Virus record (IMG/VR): IMGVR_UViG_3300044682_000021
Location: 96 to 64,095 of that record
Direction: 5' to 3' (one strand)
DNA length: 64,000 nucleotides
Origin: a virus
Lineage: Duplodnaviria > Caudoviricetes
In this document: positions 47,590 through 55,854 of the stretch, in pieces
Layout: each line of letters begins with the position of its first letter
Position numbering within the stretch: position 1 is the stretch's first letter
The notes under the pieces: generated by a model
Seen by the model: only the letters and a program-made list of their open reading frames with translations
Database searches by the model: none
What the model was told of the DNA's origin: nothing
Position numbers and translations under genes: made by a program

Positions 47590-47916
47590 AGGGACAGTAA
47601 AGGGGTCGCAGAGATGATAGGCGGAATCGAAATCGTCAATGGAATCGTTATCGGGCCTTGCACCGTAACGGCTAGCGTTCACTCCCCACGCGGAACACAG
47701 CAGGGCAATTGGCCGAAGTCGGGCCTAGTGAGTGTGAGCGCCTGGGCTGGAACGGCCAATGGGAAATGCGGATTAGAGACTAATGAAGCAGCCTTGCAAG
47801 TGCGGACGGTATTGGAAAACGCAGTGGATTTCTCAACATGCGTATCGGCCATACTGCCCCAAGTGCAAGAAAACTCCGTCGAAATGCACCTGTGTCCCAT
47901 TAAGGAGCGGGCATGA
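47569..47916 (+). CDS. IS passenger hypothetical protein
   Basis: ORF coupled (ATGA) to the next gene; start uncertain. Confidence 0.4.
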   Translation: MQRVIYYRDSKGVAEMIGGIEIVNGIVIGPCTVTASVHSPRGTQQGNWPKSGLVSVSAWAGTANGKCGLETNEAALQVRTVLENAVDFSTCVSAILPQVQENSVEMHLCPIKERA

Positions 47917-48203
47917 CGTTCACCGAAGCTAATAGCTTTCCTCCTCTCGCGCCTTGCAGCCATGACGAACTTAAATGGGGAAGGAAAAAAGAGATCATCG
48001 GCGGGAAAGAGATTACCGTCTGCGGAAGATGCCGCGAGGATATGAGCAATTACCCGTTCATCTCGGGCCATCAAATAGTGGTTACTGAGTTTGAGCGGTC
48101 GGTGGTTATCAGTATCCTTGAAACCGCCCTTAGTGGCCGGGAAGGTGAACAACCAAGACAGAATGCAGTTGCGCGCGTGATCCGCAAACTCAAGACGAAA
48201 TAG
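47913..48203 (+). CDS. IS passenger hypothetical protein
   Basis: AAGGAG RBS; CSH..CGRC. Confidence 0.5.
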   Translation: MTFTEANSFPPLAPCSHDELKWGRKKEIIGGKEITVCGRCREDMSNYPFISGHQIVVTEFERSVVISILETALSGREGEQPRQNAVARVIRKLKTK

Positions 48204-48212
48204 GCTATTCCT

Positions 48213-48782
48213 ATGAGCAAAAGCACAATCAGCACCTTCCAGCTTTTCGAGATGTTCCCGACCGCTGAGTCGGCACGGCTCTATCTTGAATCCCGGCTCT
48301 GGCCCGATGGCCCATTCTGCCCTGAGTGCAAGGGTCGTGAGCGTATCGGCAAGCAGCCCAAGGTTGGCTTCTATCGCTGCAATGCTTGTGCCCTTGATTT
48401 CACAATCCGCACGGGCACGATCTTCGAGCGCAGCCATATTCCCTTGCACAAGTGGCTCTACGCCATGTACCTGCTCGTGACTGCTCGGAAGGGTATCTCT
48501 AGCCTGCAACTGGCGAAAGAGATTGGTGTCACTCAGAAGTCCGCATGGTTTATGCTCCAGCGTCTCCGCGAAGCGTGTGGCTCTGGCGATGACCTTGACA
48601 AGTTGCGTGGGACTCTCGTAGAGGCAAATCATGAAAACTCCCCCAGAGCTAGATCGAATCGCGGACAAAGTTCTCTCGTATCGTCCGAAACCCAAGACCA
48701 AAGCGGCCAAGCGCCGGAAGCGAAGGAATCAATATGCGAAACGTCGAAGGAGCGCCTGACCTATGCGGGGTTGACGGCATGA
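48213..48782 (+). pseudogene. IS1595 transposase lacking the DDE domain
   Basis: FPT..AR.YLE..LWPDGPFCPEC, FTIRTGTIFERSHIPL.KW, KGISSLQLAKEIG; no VEIDET motif; C-terminal RLTY..L retained. Confidence 0.85.
48631..48759 (+). CDS. 42-aa basic peptide nested out of frame in the transposase remnant
   Basis: Manual: MKTPPELDRIADKVLSYRPKPKTKAAKRRKRR...; GAGG RBS. Confidence 0.5.
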   Translation: MKTPPELDRIADKVLSYRPKPKTKAAKRRKRRNQYAKRRRSA

Positions 48783-48982
48783 AACTCCGCACCCGTGAAG
48801 AGATTGCCAGAGATTACTACTTAGCATCTGGCCGCGCGAACTCTGCTCCCACTCAAGCGACCCTGAATCGGATTGACGGTCTTGAGGCGTTGAAGAAAAC
48901 GGCAGATGTTGTGCTGGCCTACCGTCCGAAGTCGAAGCGCAAAAAACCACGCAAGCGAAAGAAGGCAAAACGCCGTGCGTAG
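48779..48982 (+). CDS. Basic peptide paralogous to 48631-48759
   Basis: ADVVLAYRPKSKRKKPRKRKK; ATGA overlap with the transposase stop. Confidence 0.55.
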   Translation: MKLRTREEIARDYYLASGRANSAPTQATLNRIDGLEALKKTADVVLAYRPKSKRKKPRKRKKAKRRA

Positions 48983-49138
48983 AATCGTTGTCGGATATTC
49001 GGGCGGTGTTAGAGTCAAGAGGAATTATACGCACTATTTTTGTGGTCGGTTGGCTTGTAACCCTTGGCAGAGACGGGACTTTACTTGCTCCCCGCGCACT
49101 CCCGCGTCACCGTGGTCGCACGATTCCACGCCCGCGTA

Positions 49139-49177
49139 CGATTTCCCTTGACACCGTGGTGAGGGCGTGGTATGTTG
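49139..49177 (+). promoter_or_regulatory. Sigma70-like promoter
   Basis: CGATTTCCC-TTGACA-17 nt-TATGTT. Confidence 0.6.
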
Positions 49178-49230
49178 GCTCAACGTTCGCCACTGACCAA
49201 CGAGGGACGCGGCTAGGAGGCCGCAACGAT

Positions 49231-49815
49231 ATGTCTAACGCATTGAAAGAACAGTTGTTAAGTAGTTACAGTTGGGTCGGAGAACTAGCGGCACGGGTGG
49301 CTAGAATTGAGGCCGCCGCTAAGCACATTGGGCTGGATGACGCTTTGGATGGTGTAGAAGCTTACTGCACTATCACCACCTATGGAGACGCGCCGGAAAT
49401 TTCCTGCTCACTCTATGTCCAGCGCGGCATCACCGCCGACTTTCAAACTCTGACAGAAAGTAATCCCTTACAGGTGTTGGCGAAGCGCCTTCTGCCAGCC
49501 GTGGGCAAGTTCACCAAGGGCTTCGATGACAGCAGCAACCGTCTTACCTTGACCGCCGATGTGATGGGTGTCAAGTTGATCTTAGGCATGAGCACGCCTA
49601 GTACATGCACGGTCGAAACGGTCACGGAAGAGGTTGAGGTACCTGAAGAGGTGATCCCGGCGCACACGGAGAAGAAGACGCGATATGTGCTCAAAGGAGA
49701 TTGCGCGCCGATCCTTGCGGCTACAGAGGACGAGGCTGCGCTGGTCGTAGGGACGGCACAGGCCGTGGCAGAGATCGGCGAGATCGTGGACCGAGTGACG
49801 GAAGGACGGATCTGA
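49231..49815 (+). CDS. Hypothetical protein
   Basis: AGGAGG RBS before MSNALKEQ. Confidence 0.6.
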   Translation: MSNALKEQLLSSYSWVGELAARVARIEAAAKHIGLDDALDGVEAYCTITTYGDAPEISCSLYVQRGITADFQTLTESNPLQVLAKRLLPAVGKFTKGFDDSSNRLTLTADVMGVKLILGMSTPSTCTVETVTEEVEVPEEVIPAHTEKKTRYVLKGDCAPILAATEDEAALVVGTAQAVAEIGEIVDRVTEGRI

Positions 49816-51557
49816 TGAAAACCGTCTATACTGACCGCTCGCGCATCCTCGCCTACCAGCAGTGCCCCCGGCTCCGCTACCTTCAGTACCACCAGGACGG
49901 CACTGGGATTGAGAGTGCTCGCAAGCCGCTCCCATTGGCCGTGGGTGGGGCCGTGCATAAGGGATTGGAGACGCTGCTGCGTGACGGTGGCGCAATGTGG
50001 GAGCACGGCGATCCCGCGATCAAGTTGCCTTGGGGTGAACTCAGCAAGGTATGGATGACTAAGATAGAAGATGACGCGGTCGCCGCCGCCCTCGCCGACT
50101 TCTCCACCCACCGCTCCGCCTTGGCGCTGGACCTTACGGAGGCCACCGCCCTTGCCGCCGCGCTGGACCCCAAGGACGGGGGATTCGCGGCGCAACTCAC
50201 CGCCACGGCGCAGGAGCTGGGCATGTCGCCAGACGATCCCTCCCTCGCGGAGCTGCTGGGTCGGCAGCGCAACGCCGCTGCGGAATACGACGACTGGCTC
50301 TGGCGTGAGCAGGCCGCGCTGGTCGAGGGGATGGTGCGCGCCTACGCGCGGCGGCGGCTGCGGCCGCTGCTGGAGGAGTTCGAGGTGCTGGAGGTGGAGC
50401 GGGAAGAGGAGTGGGAACTGGCGGAAGAGTGGATGCTGAATCCGAATGGAGATCCGTATTGCCGTAAGTGTGGAGAGCATTGGGCACGAACTACTCATAA
50501 CCCCAATAAGAAGGTAGAAGGTAGCCACACATTTGAGAACCCTAATTACTTGGGTCCGATCCGTTTCCTATCCCGCCCCGACGCCCTCCTGCGGTCCCGC
50601 GCCGACAACTCCCTCTACCTGCTGTCGTTCAAGACCGCCGCGTCGTGGGACATCCGCAAGGAGCGCGACGCGCAGCATGACATGCAGGGGCTGAGCGAGG
50701 GCGTGGGAGTGGAGAAGCGGCTGGGGGAGTGGTGGGCTCTGCTGCATTCTCGCATCATGCCCCAACAAGGCAATCCACCAATCGACGCCCCATCTCAGGC
50801 GATGTACAACTACCTCGTGGCACTCCCCGCTCCGCCCCGCATCCTCGGCATCCGCTACGAGTACCTGCTCAAATCAAGTAGATATGCTGACAAAGACCTA
50901 GCCGCCAGATTCGGTCTAAATGTCTGGGCACAAAGATCGCATCTTATTCGTGCGTATCAAGGTGCTGATAACTCTTGGTGCTGGAGTTATGAATTCAAAA
51001 AGGATGATGGAGGAGATTCCAAGCTATATTACAAGAATTGGCGGCCAAAAGCCGTCTGGGAGGTCATGTCAATTAAACAGTGGATTGATATGCTGGACGC
51101 CAGCATCGAAACCATGTCAGCCGAGGACTCTACAATAGGCATGGAACCTAGGCTTTTGGGGTATAGGTCAGAGGCTCAGGCCCAAGGCTACACCGCGACG
51201 CATCCGCTAGACGACGTGTTTCCTGCGCCGCTGACCGTGTACCGACAGGACGACGATCTCCGCGACTGGGTGGAGCAGACGGAGGCGCAGGAACGCCGCG
51301 TCGCTGAGGCTGTAGCACGGATCGACGCTGCTGTGGACGATGGAGAGAAGCGTCATCTACTAAACGTTCTCGCTCCTATGTCGAGGCGCAGTTGCTCCTA
51401 CCCGGTGGAATGCGTCTACGCCAAGTCGATTTGCTATGGTGGCGAGGACGCCCGACGTGATCCACTAGGCACAGGCGCGTTCCGCCGGCGAGAGCCCAAC
51501 CATCCCGCCGAGGACGCTGTATTGAATAGCGTCGCGGCCCAAGGGCCGATTCGGTGA
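49815..51557 (+). CDS. PD-(D/E)XK Cas4/RecB-like exonuclease
   Basis: SRILAYQQCPR, GGAVHKGLE, VE, SRPDAL, SFKT, C...C.Y...C. Confidence 0.85.
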   Translation: MKTVYTDRSRILAYQQCPRLRYLQYHQDGTGIESARKPLPLAVGGAVHKGLETLLRDGGAMWEHGDPAIKLPWGELSKVWMTKIEDDAVAAALADFSTHRSALALDLTEATALAAALDPKDGGFAAQLTATAQELGMSPDDPSLAELLGRQRNAAAEYDDWLWREQAALVEGMVRAYARRRLRPLLEEFEVLEVEREEEWELAEEWMLNPNGDPYCRKCGEHWARTTHNPNKKVEGSHTFENPNYLGPIRFLSRPDALLRSRADNSLYLLSFKTAASWDIRKERDAQHDMQGLSEGVGVEKRLGEWWALLHSRIMPQQGNPPIDAPSQAMYNYLVALPAPPRILGIRYEYLLKSSRYADKDLAARFGLNVWAQRSHLIRAYQGADNSWCWSYEFKKDDGGDSKLYYKNWRPKAVWEVMSIKQWIDMLDASIETMSAEDSTIGMEPRLLGYRSEAQAQGYTATHPLDDVFPAPLTVYRQDDDLRDWVEQTEAQERRVAEAVARIDAAVDDGEKRHLLNVLAPMSRRSCSYPVECVYAKSICYGGEDARRDPLGTGAFRRREPNHPAEDAVLNSVAAQGPIR

Positions 51558-51589
51558 TACCTGGGTATCTACCCAAAGGAGAAGTAAAC

Positions 51590-51760
51590 AATGGCAATCG
51601 AGCATCGGCTGAAGCGAAAGCGCCGGGAGCATAAGCATCGGTGCATGAATAACTACGTATCGCAGTTCCGGATCGGCAAGGGCTACGTATCTCGCGCTAA
51701 CAGAATCGCAGAGTTCAAGATGCTCTGGAATCAGAGGCGGATCGGGTGCCCGCGACCGTG
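51590..51760 (+). CDS. Small basic hypothetical protein (56 aa)
   Basis: Manual: MAIEHRLKRKRREHKHRC...; AAGGAG RBS. Confidence 0.45.
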
Positions 51761-51934
51761 AAAATGTCATTCGAGTACGATGATGGCAAGCATCAGCCGC
51801 GAGTGGTGCTTGAGGGTGAGAATGGCGGCGAGGATGACCAACTCAAGATACTGGCCGCGTTCAAGAGCGTGACGTTTGCGGTTGTGATCGACGATGACGA
51901 AGAGGAAGTTGAGGCGGGCCACTGCGGTAATTGA
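51746..51934 (+). CDS. Small acidic hypothetical protein
   Basis: Fills the operon; start uncertain. Confidence 0.45.
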   Translation: MPATVKMSFEYDDGKHQPRVVLEGENGGEDDQLKILAAFKSVTFAVVIDDDEEEVEAGHCGN

Positions 51935-51947
51935 GGGGGAGGGGTGA

Positions 51948-52271
51948 ATGAGCAGGAAAGATTTCGATATTCCAATCAAGCATCCAGAGTGGTTGCAGTA
52001 CTCTCGCGTAGCCGAGACGTTCGCGCTTCGCAAGAAGATCGGACCACTCCCCTGCGATGGCTGGATGCTCGTGGTTTCGTTGAAACATCCTCTACGTGCG
52101 ATCTACGGCAGCGATCTAAAAGCTGCATGGGCGCTAATGAAAATGGCGCTGCGGGAGAAGCTTCGGCAACCGTGGAGGTACATCGACTGTCGTCTACACC
52201 GAAAGAAATGGGCACAGGAAGAAGAACTGGAAGAACTGCGGGAGATCGAAGAGGAATTCAAGGCTGAGTAG
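51948..52271 (+). CDS. Hypothetical protein
   Basis: GGAGG RBS. Confidence 0.5.
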   Translation: MSRKDFDIPIKHPEWLQYSRVAETFALRKKIGPLPCDGWMLVVSLKHPLRAIYGSDLKAAWALMKMALREKLRQPWRYIDCRLHRKKWAQEEELEELREIEEEFKAE

Positions 52272-52325
52272 TTTGTCTGGTTTCGAGTCTGTGCGGAGAG
52301 AGGGAGTGGACACCAACCGGAATGA

Positions 52326-52673
52326 ATGGAGGAGAGCGTCGTGAAAAATGACGAAGTTAAGTTTGAAGAGTGGGCCGTTTTGGAATTGTTCGGCCATCAG
52401 CGGTTGGCCGGATTAGTCACGGAGGTTCAGCTTGGCGGCGCGAGCTTCGTCCGTGTGGATGTGCCGGAAGACAGCAAGAAAAAGGGCTACAAGCTGACGA
52501 AGATGTACAACCCGTCCGCGATTTATTCGATTACGCCAGTCACGGAAGAGACGGCTCGCATGGTCGCGAAGTCTGTTTCTGGCGAACCAATCACGCGATG
52601 GGACGTGCAGGAAATGGTCCGCGAAGCCAAGCGCGCGCTGAAACCGGCGTTCATAGACGAAGACGCCAGCTAG
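52326..52673 (+). CDS. Conserved phage hypothetical protein
   Basis: WAVLELFGHQRLAG.VTE...FVRVDVP...SAIYSITPVTEE. Confidence 0.7.
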   Translation: MEESVVKNDEVKFEEWAVLELFGHQRLAGLVTEVQLGGASFVRVDVPEDSKKKGYKLTKMYNPSAIYSITPVTEETARMVAKSVSGEPITRWDVQEMVREAKRALKPAFIDEDAS

Positions 52674-52859
52674 CCGGGGGAAGCCCGTCCCGGAATGAAT
52701 GGATGAAAACTCCATGAAAGCTACGCTCTTCAGGAAAGGAGGTGCCCATTGACAGCGAATTCCATGTTCTGCCGCTGTGCAGCACTCACCAGCTTTTGGC
52801 TGAGTTTCCTCTTCCCTGCCGCATGCCACTCACGGAACGCGATCCGCCGCGCCCCGTAG

Positions 52860-52902
52860 GAGCCGTATCGGGATGCGGAGAGTAGATACGGCTCATCTCT
52901 TT
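52860..52902 (+). terminator. Hairpin, possible terminator
   Basis: GAGCCGTATC/GATACGGCTC 10-bp stem, then ATCTCTTT. Confidence 0.5.
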
Positions 52903-52948
52903 ACTGCCACTCGCCCGTCAGTAATTGCGCGAATTCAAGAAGGCGCTG

Positions 52949-53010
52949 CGATTTCCCTTGACAAAGTATCACCACTTGAGTATGGTAACACCACTATGAA
53001 TAACACCACT
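52949..53010 (+). promoter_or_regulatory. Promoter with triple CACCACT operator
   Basis: CGATTTCCC-TTGACA-17 nt-TATGGT; CACCACT at 52970, 52989 and 53004. Confidence 0.65.
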
Positions 53011-53187
53011 CTCAAACCCGCCCCCAAGCACGGCCCGTCGATCCGCATCCGGTTCCGCAACCTAGCCCAGAGGAACGCGCTTCGCCGGGCCGCCCGCCTC
53101 CGAGGGCTGACCCTGAACACTTACGCCATGACCGTGCTGGTGGATGCGGCGCGGGTGGCCCTGAAAGGAGTGGGCGGCAATGGCTAA
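52996..53187 (+). CDS. Ribbon-helix-helix (Arc-like) regulator
   Basis: IRIRF strand plus LRRAARLRGLTLNTY helices. Confidence 0.7.
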   Translation: MNNTTLKPAPKHGPSIRIRFRNLAQRNALRRAARLRGLTLNTYAMTVLVDAARVALKGVGGNG

Positions 53188-54214
53188 ATCCGGCTGCATC
53201 TACGGGCCAACGTCTTCGTTCAAGACGACCGCTATCGCCCACTTCGCGCACTATATCGCGGAGAAGACGGGCAAAGCGACGCTCCTGTTCAGCGCTGACG
53301 GCGGCGGCTGGGCGCCATGTGAGGAAGAAGTCCGCGCTGGGATGATCCGCCCTTACCGCTGTGACACGGCGAACATTCCTCTTCCAGTGGTTCGCAAGGT
53401 GTCGCAGGGCTACTGGCCGCGCAACCCTGAAGAGACGGATATTGCCAAGGTAGAGTTCCACCGTGCCAACTGGGACGAGATCGGTGGGATAGCGGTCGAG
53501 GGATTCACCTCGATCGGCACCATGTTCATGCGCCACGCAGCGGACAAGAACCTGAAAACGGGCGAGGAGGGAACGTCGAAGTTCTACCAGCCTATCAACA
53601 TCGCAGGCAACGTCGAGCAGGAAGTGTTTGCTGGTTCTTCGAAAGGGCACTACAATTTTGTGCAAAATCAACTCTTCGGCATGACCATGAATTTCACGTC
53701 CCTGCCTGTCGAGTACGTCCTGTTCACGGGACTGGAGAAAAAGGGCGAGGATGACGACCGCTCGACAGTGTATGGCGTCAGCGTCCCTGGTAAGGCGATC
53801 ACCAACCAGATCCCGACGTGGGTGGGTGATTTAATCCACGCGCAGGACTTCGCGGTGCCGCGAAAGGTACGGGTTCCGCCACCGGGTAAGATCGCAGCGC
53901 AGTGCAAACCGGAGGAGCTGATAGAGACGGACATTGTGGACACCGTGTGCCGTTACTACTTCAAGAAGCATCCAGACCCGTCGAGTGGGATCATGTTCCC
54001 CGCCAAGCCACGCGTGACTCACGGCGCGGTCAGGGAGTTGGAGAAACGCTATCCTGGTGGATACTTTGAGCCTTCTACAGAATCGGGATTCGACGACTAC
54101 CTGCGCGTGATCGACGAACTTAGCGCCGGACGGGCGGATTCGATGAAGGACTGGCGTGCCAAGGCTGACGCCAAGCTGGGGCGTGGGGTGGCGGGAGTAG
54201 CAACACCAAAATGA
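53180..54214 (+). CDS. Sak4/AAA_24-like ATPase
   Basis: IYGPTSSFKTT Walker A variant, IAVEG, PGKA...IPTWVG; lies between nuclease and SSB-like genes. Confidence 0.7.
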   Translation: MAKSGCIYGPTSSFKTTAIAHFAHYIAEKTGKATLLFSADGGGWAPCEEEVRAGMIRPYRCDTANIPLPVVRKVSQGYWPRNPEETDIAKVEFHRANWDEIGGIAVEGFTSIGTMFMRHAADKNLKTGEEGTSKFYQPINIAGNVEQEVFAGSSKGHYNFVQNQLFGMTMNFTSLPVEYVLFTGLEKKGEDDDRSTVYGVSVPGKAITNQIPTWVGDLIHAQDFAVPRKVRVPPPGKIAAQCKPEELIETDIVDTVCRYYFKKHPDPSSGIMFPAKPRVTHGAVRELEKRYPGGYFEPSTESGFDDYLRVIDELSAGRADSMKDWRAKADAKLGRGVAGVATPK

Positions 54215-54220
54215 CATTGA

Positions 54221-54298
54221 TGCGGGGATTGAGCTACGCTGCGCTCGCAAGTCTCATAAACTTGATCGTACCGCGTTGAACTCGCGGCCCCGCTACCA
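54221..54298 (+). tRNA. Non-canonical tRNA with CAT anticodon (Met/fMet/Ile2-like)
   Basis: GCGGGG/CCCCGC acceptor, GAGC/GCTC D stem, CAAGT-CTCATAA-ACTTG, CCGCG-TTGAACT-CGCGG, encoded ACCA. Confidence 0.8.
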
Positions 54299-54301
54299 AT
54301 C

Positions 54302-54570
54302 TCGTATGGCGATGTGGAAGGACACATTCGATAATGTTGACGCAATGCGATACAGGCTTGATGGGCGGTCTGGTGGCGACACTGGACGCATATTAGCGGC
54401 CCGTCCCGAAAGAGCGAGAGGACTCAGAGTACGGATGCAGCCTGTTCAACAGTAGACAACAACGTCCGGTAGGACCGACACTTCCGGCTGACATAAACTC
54501 AGTCTAGTTAAAGGTCGCCGTTGTTGGGTTGAGAAACCGCATAAGCTGGTATCAAGCCCAGTCCATACGA
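54302..54570 (+). ncRNA. 269-nt structured RNA with tRNA-like closing arms
   Basis: TCGTATGG/CCATACGA closing stem, D-like and T-like arms, nested helices, GNRA tetraloops, no convincing ORF. Confidence 0.7.
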
Positions 54571-54662
54571 TAAAGTTTGTTAGCCGACCGAAACAACTAT
54601 GCCGTGCTGGCGCGCACGGTGACGCCTCCCGCGCCTACTCACACTCACGGAGGAAACACACC

Positions 54663-55412
54663 ATGTCCGCATTTGGAGAAGTCACCTACGCCGACGCGCC
54701 TGCCGAAGCCGCAGCCGCGCCCAGCGAGCAACCTCAACTCATCGACCCCAACGACCCCCGGCTCACGTCGGAAACGCTCACCGACTCCGGCGCTGACGCC
54801 TACGCGATCCTGCCTCCGCTCCCCGATGGCAAGTGGCGCGCCAAGGCCAAGCAGGTGGACATCAAGGACGACAAGGGGCAGCAACAGCGGTACTCCGTGT
54901 TCTCGCGGCCCAAGATGGCGAACGGAGCGCCGTTCTTCGCCACCAACGTGGAGTTCTCGATCATCGACCATTCGGGCAAGAACGACGGCGTCAAGCTGAC
55001 CGAGTATTGGGTCAAGACGCTGATCGACGACCGCAAAGGGACCAGCCAAGCGGCGACGCTGATCCGCAAACTGGGCAAGCCGACGCCGCCCGCCGCCACG
55101 CATAAGGTGATCATCGACCTGCTGCTGGCGACCCTCGCCGCCGAGCCGGAGCTGGTGGTCGAAACGTCATGGTCCGCCGAGTGCCAGCACTGTCAGGAGT
55201 CGGCGAAGAAGAAGGGCGACCGCGCCCCGCGACCGTTCCTGCAAGGGATGCACCGCTTCCCTGCGACCAAGGTTCCGGGCGAGCACGACCCGATGGCCAA
55301 GTGTGGGACGTGCAACTCAATGGTGCGGGCGCAGCCGCGGATCGTAGGTTTCTATTCCCTCGCCGAATCGCAGCCGACGCGGGGCACGGGGCACGCGGCG
55401 ACGGGGAAGTGA
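54663..55412 (+). CDS. Probable ssDNA-binding protein with Zn ribbon
   Basis: PPLPDGKW N-terminal motif; position after the Sak4-like ATPase; CQHC..CGTC. Confidence 0.55.
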   Translation: MSAFGEVTYADAPAEAAAAPSEQPQLIDPNDPRLTSETLTDSGADAYAILPPLPDGKWRAKAKQVDIKDDKGQQQRYSVFSRPKMANGAPFFATNVEFSIIDHSGKNDGVKLTEYWVKTLIDDRKGTSQAATLIRKLGKPTPPAATHKVIIDLLLATLAAEPELVVETSWSAECQHCQESAKKKGDRAPRPFLQGMHRFPATKVPGEHDPMAKCGTCNSMVRAQPRIVGFYSLAESQPTRGTGHAATGK

Positions 55413-55458
55413 GCAACGGATTCGGCGGCGCGGCCAACGCTCTGGCGATGCCGCCGAC

Positions 55459-55506
55459 GGACGCGGGACCGAGGCTAATCCCTTACCCGCGTCCCTTCTT
55501 ACTCTT
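55459..55506 (+). terminator. Probable terminator
   Basis: GGACGCGGG/CCCGCGTCC stem followed by CTTCTTACTCTT. Confidence 0.5.
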
Positions 55507-55624
55507 ATGCTGTGGGAACTTAAATCGTTCGTGGCGTTCACGCGCTCTGCGCCATGCTGGATGACCCCTATGTTCCAAGTATGCTTATATACACAGGACG
55601 ATCAAGAGTCGCACCTGATAACTC

Positions 55625-55852
55625 GTGACGCGAACGGCTTGCGTTACATACCAGTCGAGGTGGATGATGGCCAGCCAAGCAACTGAGAACTGGATGCCTC
55701 GCTGCCCGCAGTGCGGACAAGGCACGCCCATGCTGGCCCCTGCCAACGGGTTCACCAAGCATATCGTGGACAAGGTGGAAGTGTACTGTGCGGAGTGTCG
55801 CTGGCGGGCGGTGCTGGCGGATGTGATAACGCAGGTGTATGTGAGGAGCTGA
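55625..55852 (+). CDS. Small Zn-ribbon protein
   Basis: CPQCG...YCAEC; start probably later (MMASQ). Confidence 0.55.
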   Translation: MTRTACVTYQSRWMMASQATENWMPRCPQCGQGTPMLAPANGFTKHIVDKVEVYCAECRWRAVLADVITQVYVRS

Positions 55853-55854
55853 GG

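Larger units (their letters stand above)
47507..49035 (+). mobile_element. Non-autonomous IS1595-family derivative with passenger genes (ends approximate)
   Basis: Deleted transposase, lower GC, AT-rich end-like sequences GGGGAATTATATACATGAGTC and GAGTCAAGAGGAATTATAC. Confidence 0.55.

Noticed and set aside
47679-48710. 343-aa ORF antisense to the IS1595 remnant
   Set aside because: No start context or motif; best explained as a shadow frame of the transposase.
47507-49035. Intact IS1595 terminal inverted repeats and target duplication
   Set aside because: The two ends match only about half as inverted repeats (GGAATTATA occurs in direct orientation) and no target duplication was found, so boundaries are approximate.
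49815-51557. CRISPR-Cas adaptation module
   Set aside because: Solo Cas4-like nuclease in a Sak4/SSB recombination context; no cas1, cas2 or array.
54221-54298. attP site of a temperate phage
   Set aside because: No integrase or recombinase was recognised, and the T arm deviates from canonical host tRNAs.
54302-54570. tmRNA or tRNA with a group I intron
   Set aside because: No GGGG/G3-U70 alanine acceptor, encoded CCA or tag ORF; no convincing P7 motifs or reconstitutable anticodon stem.
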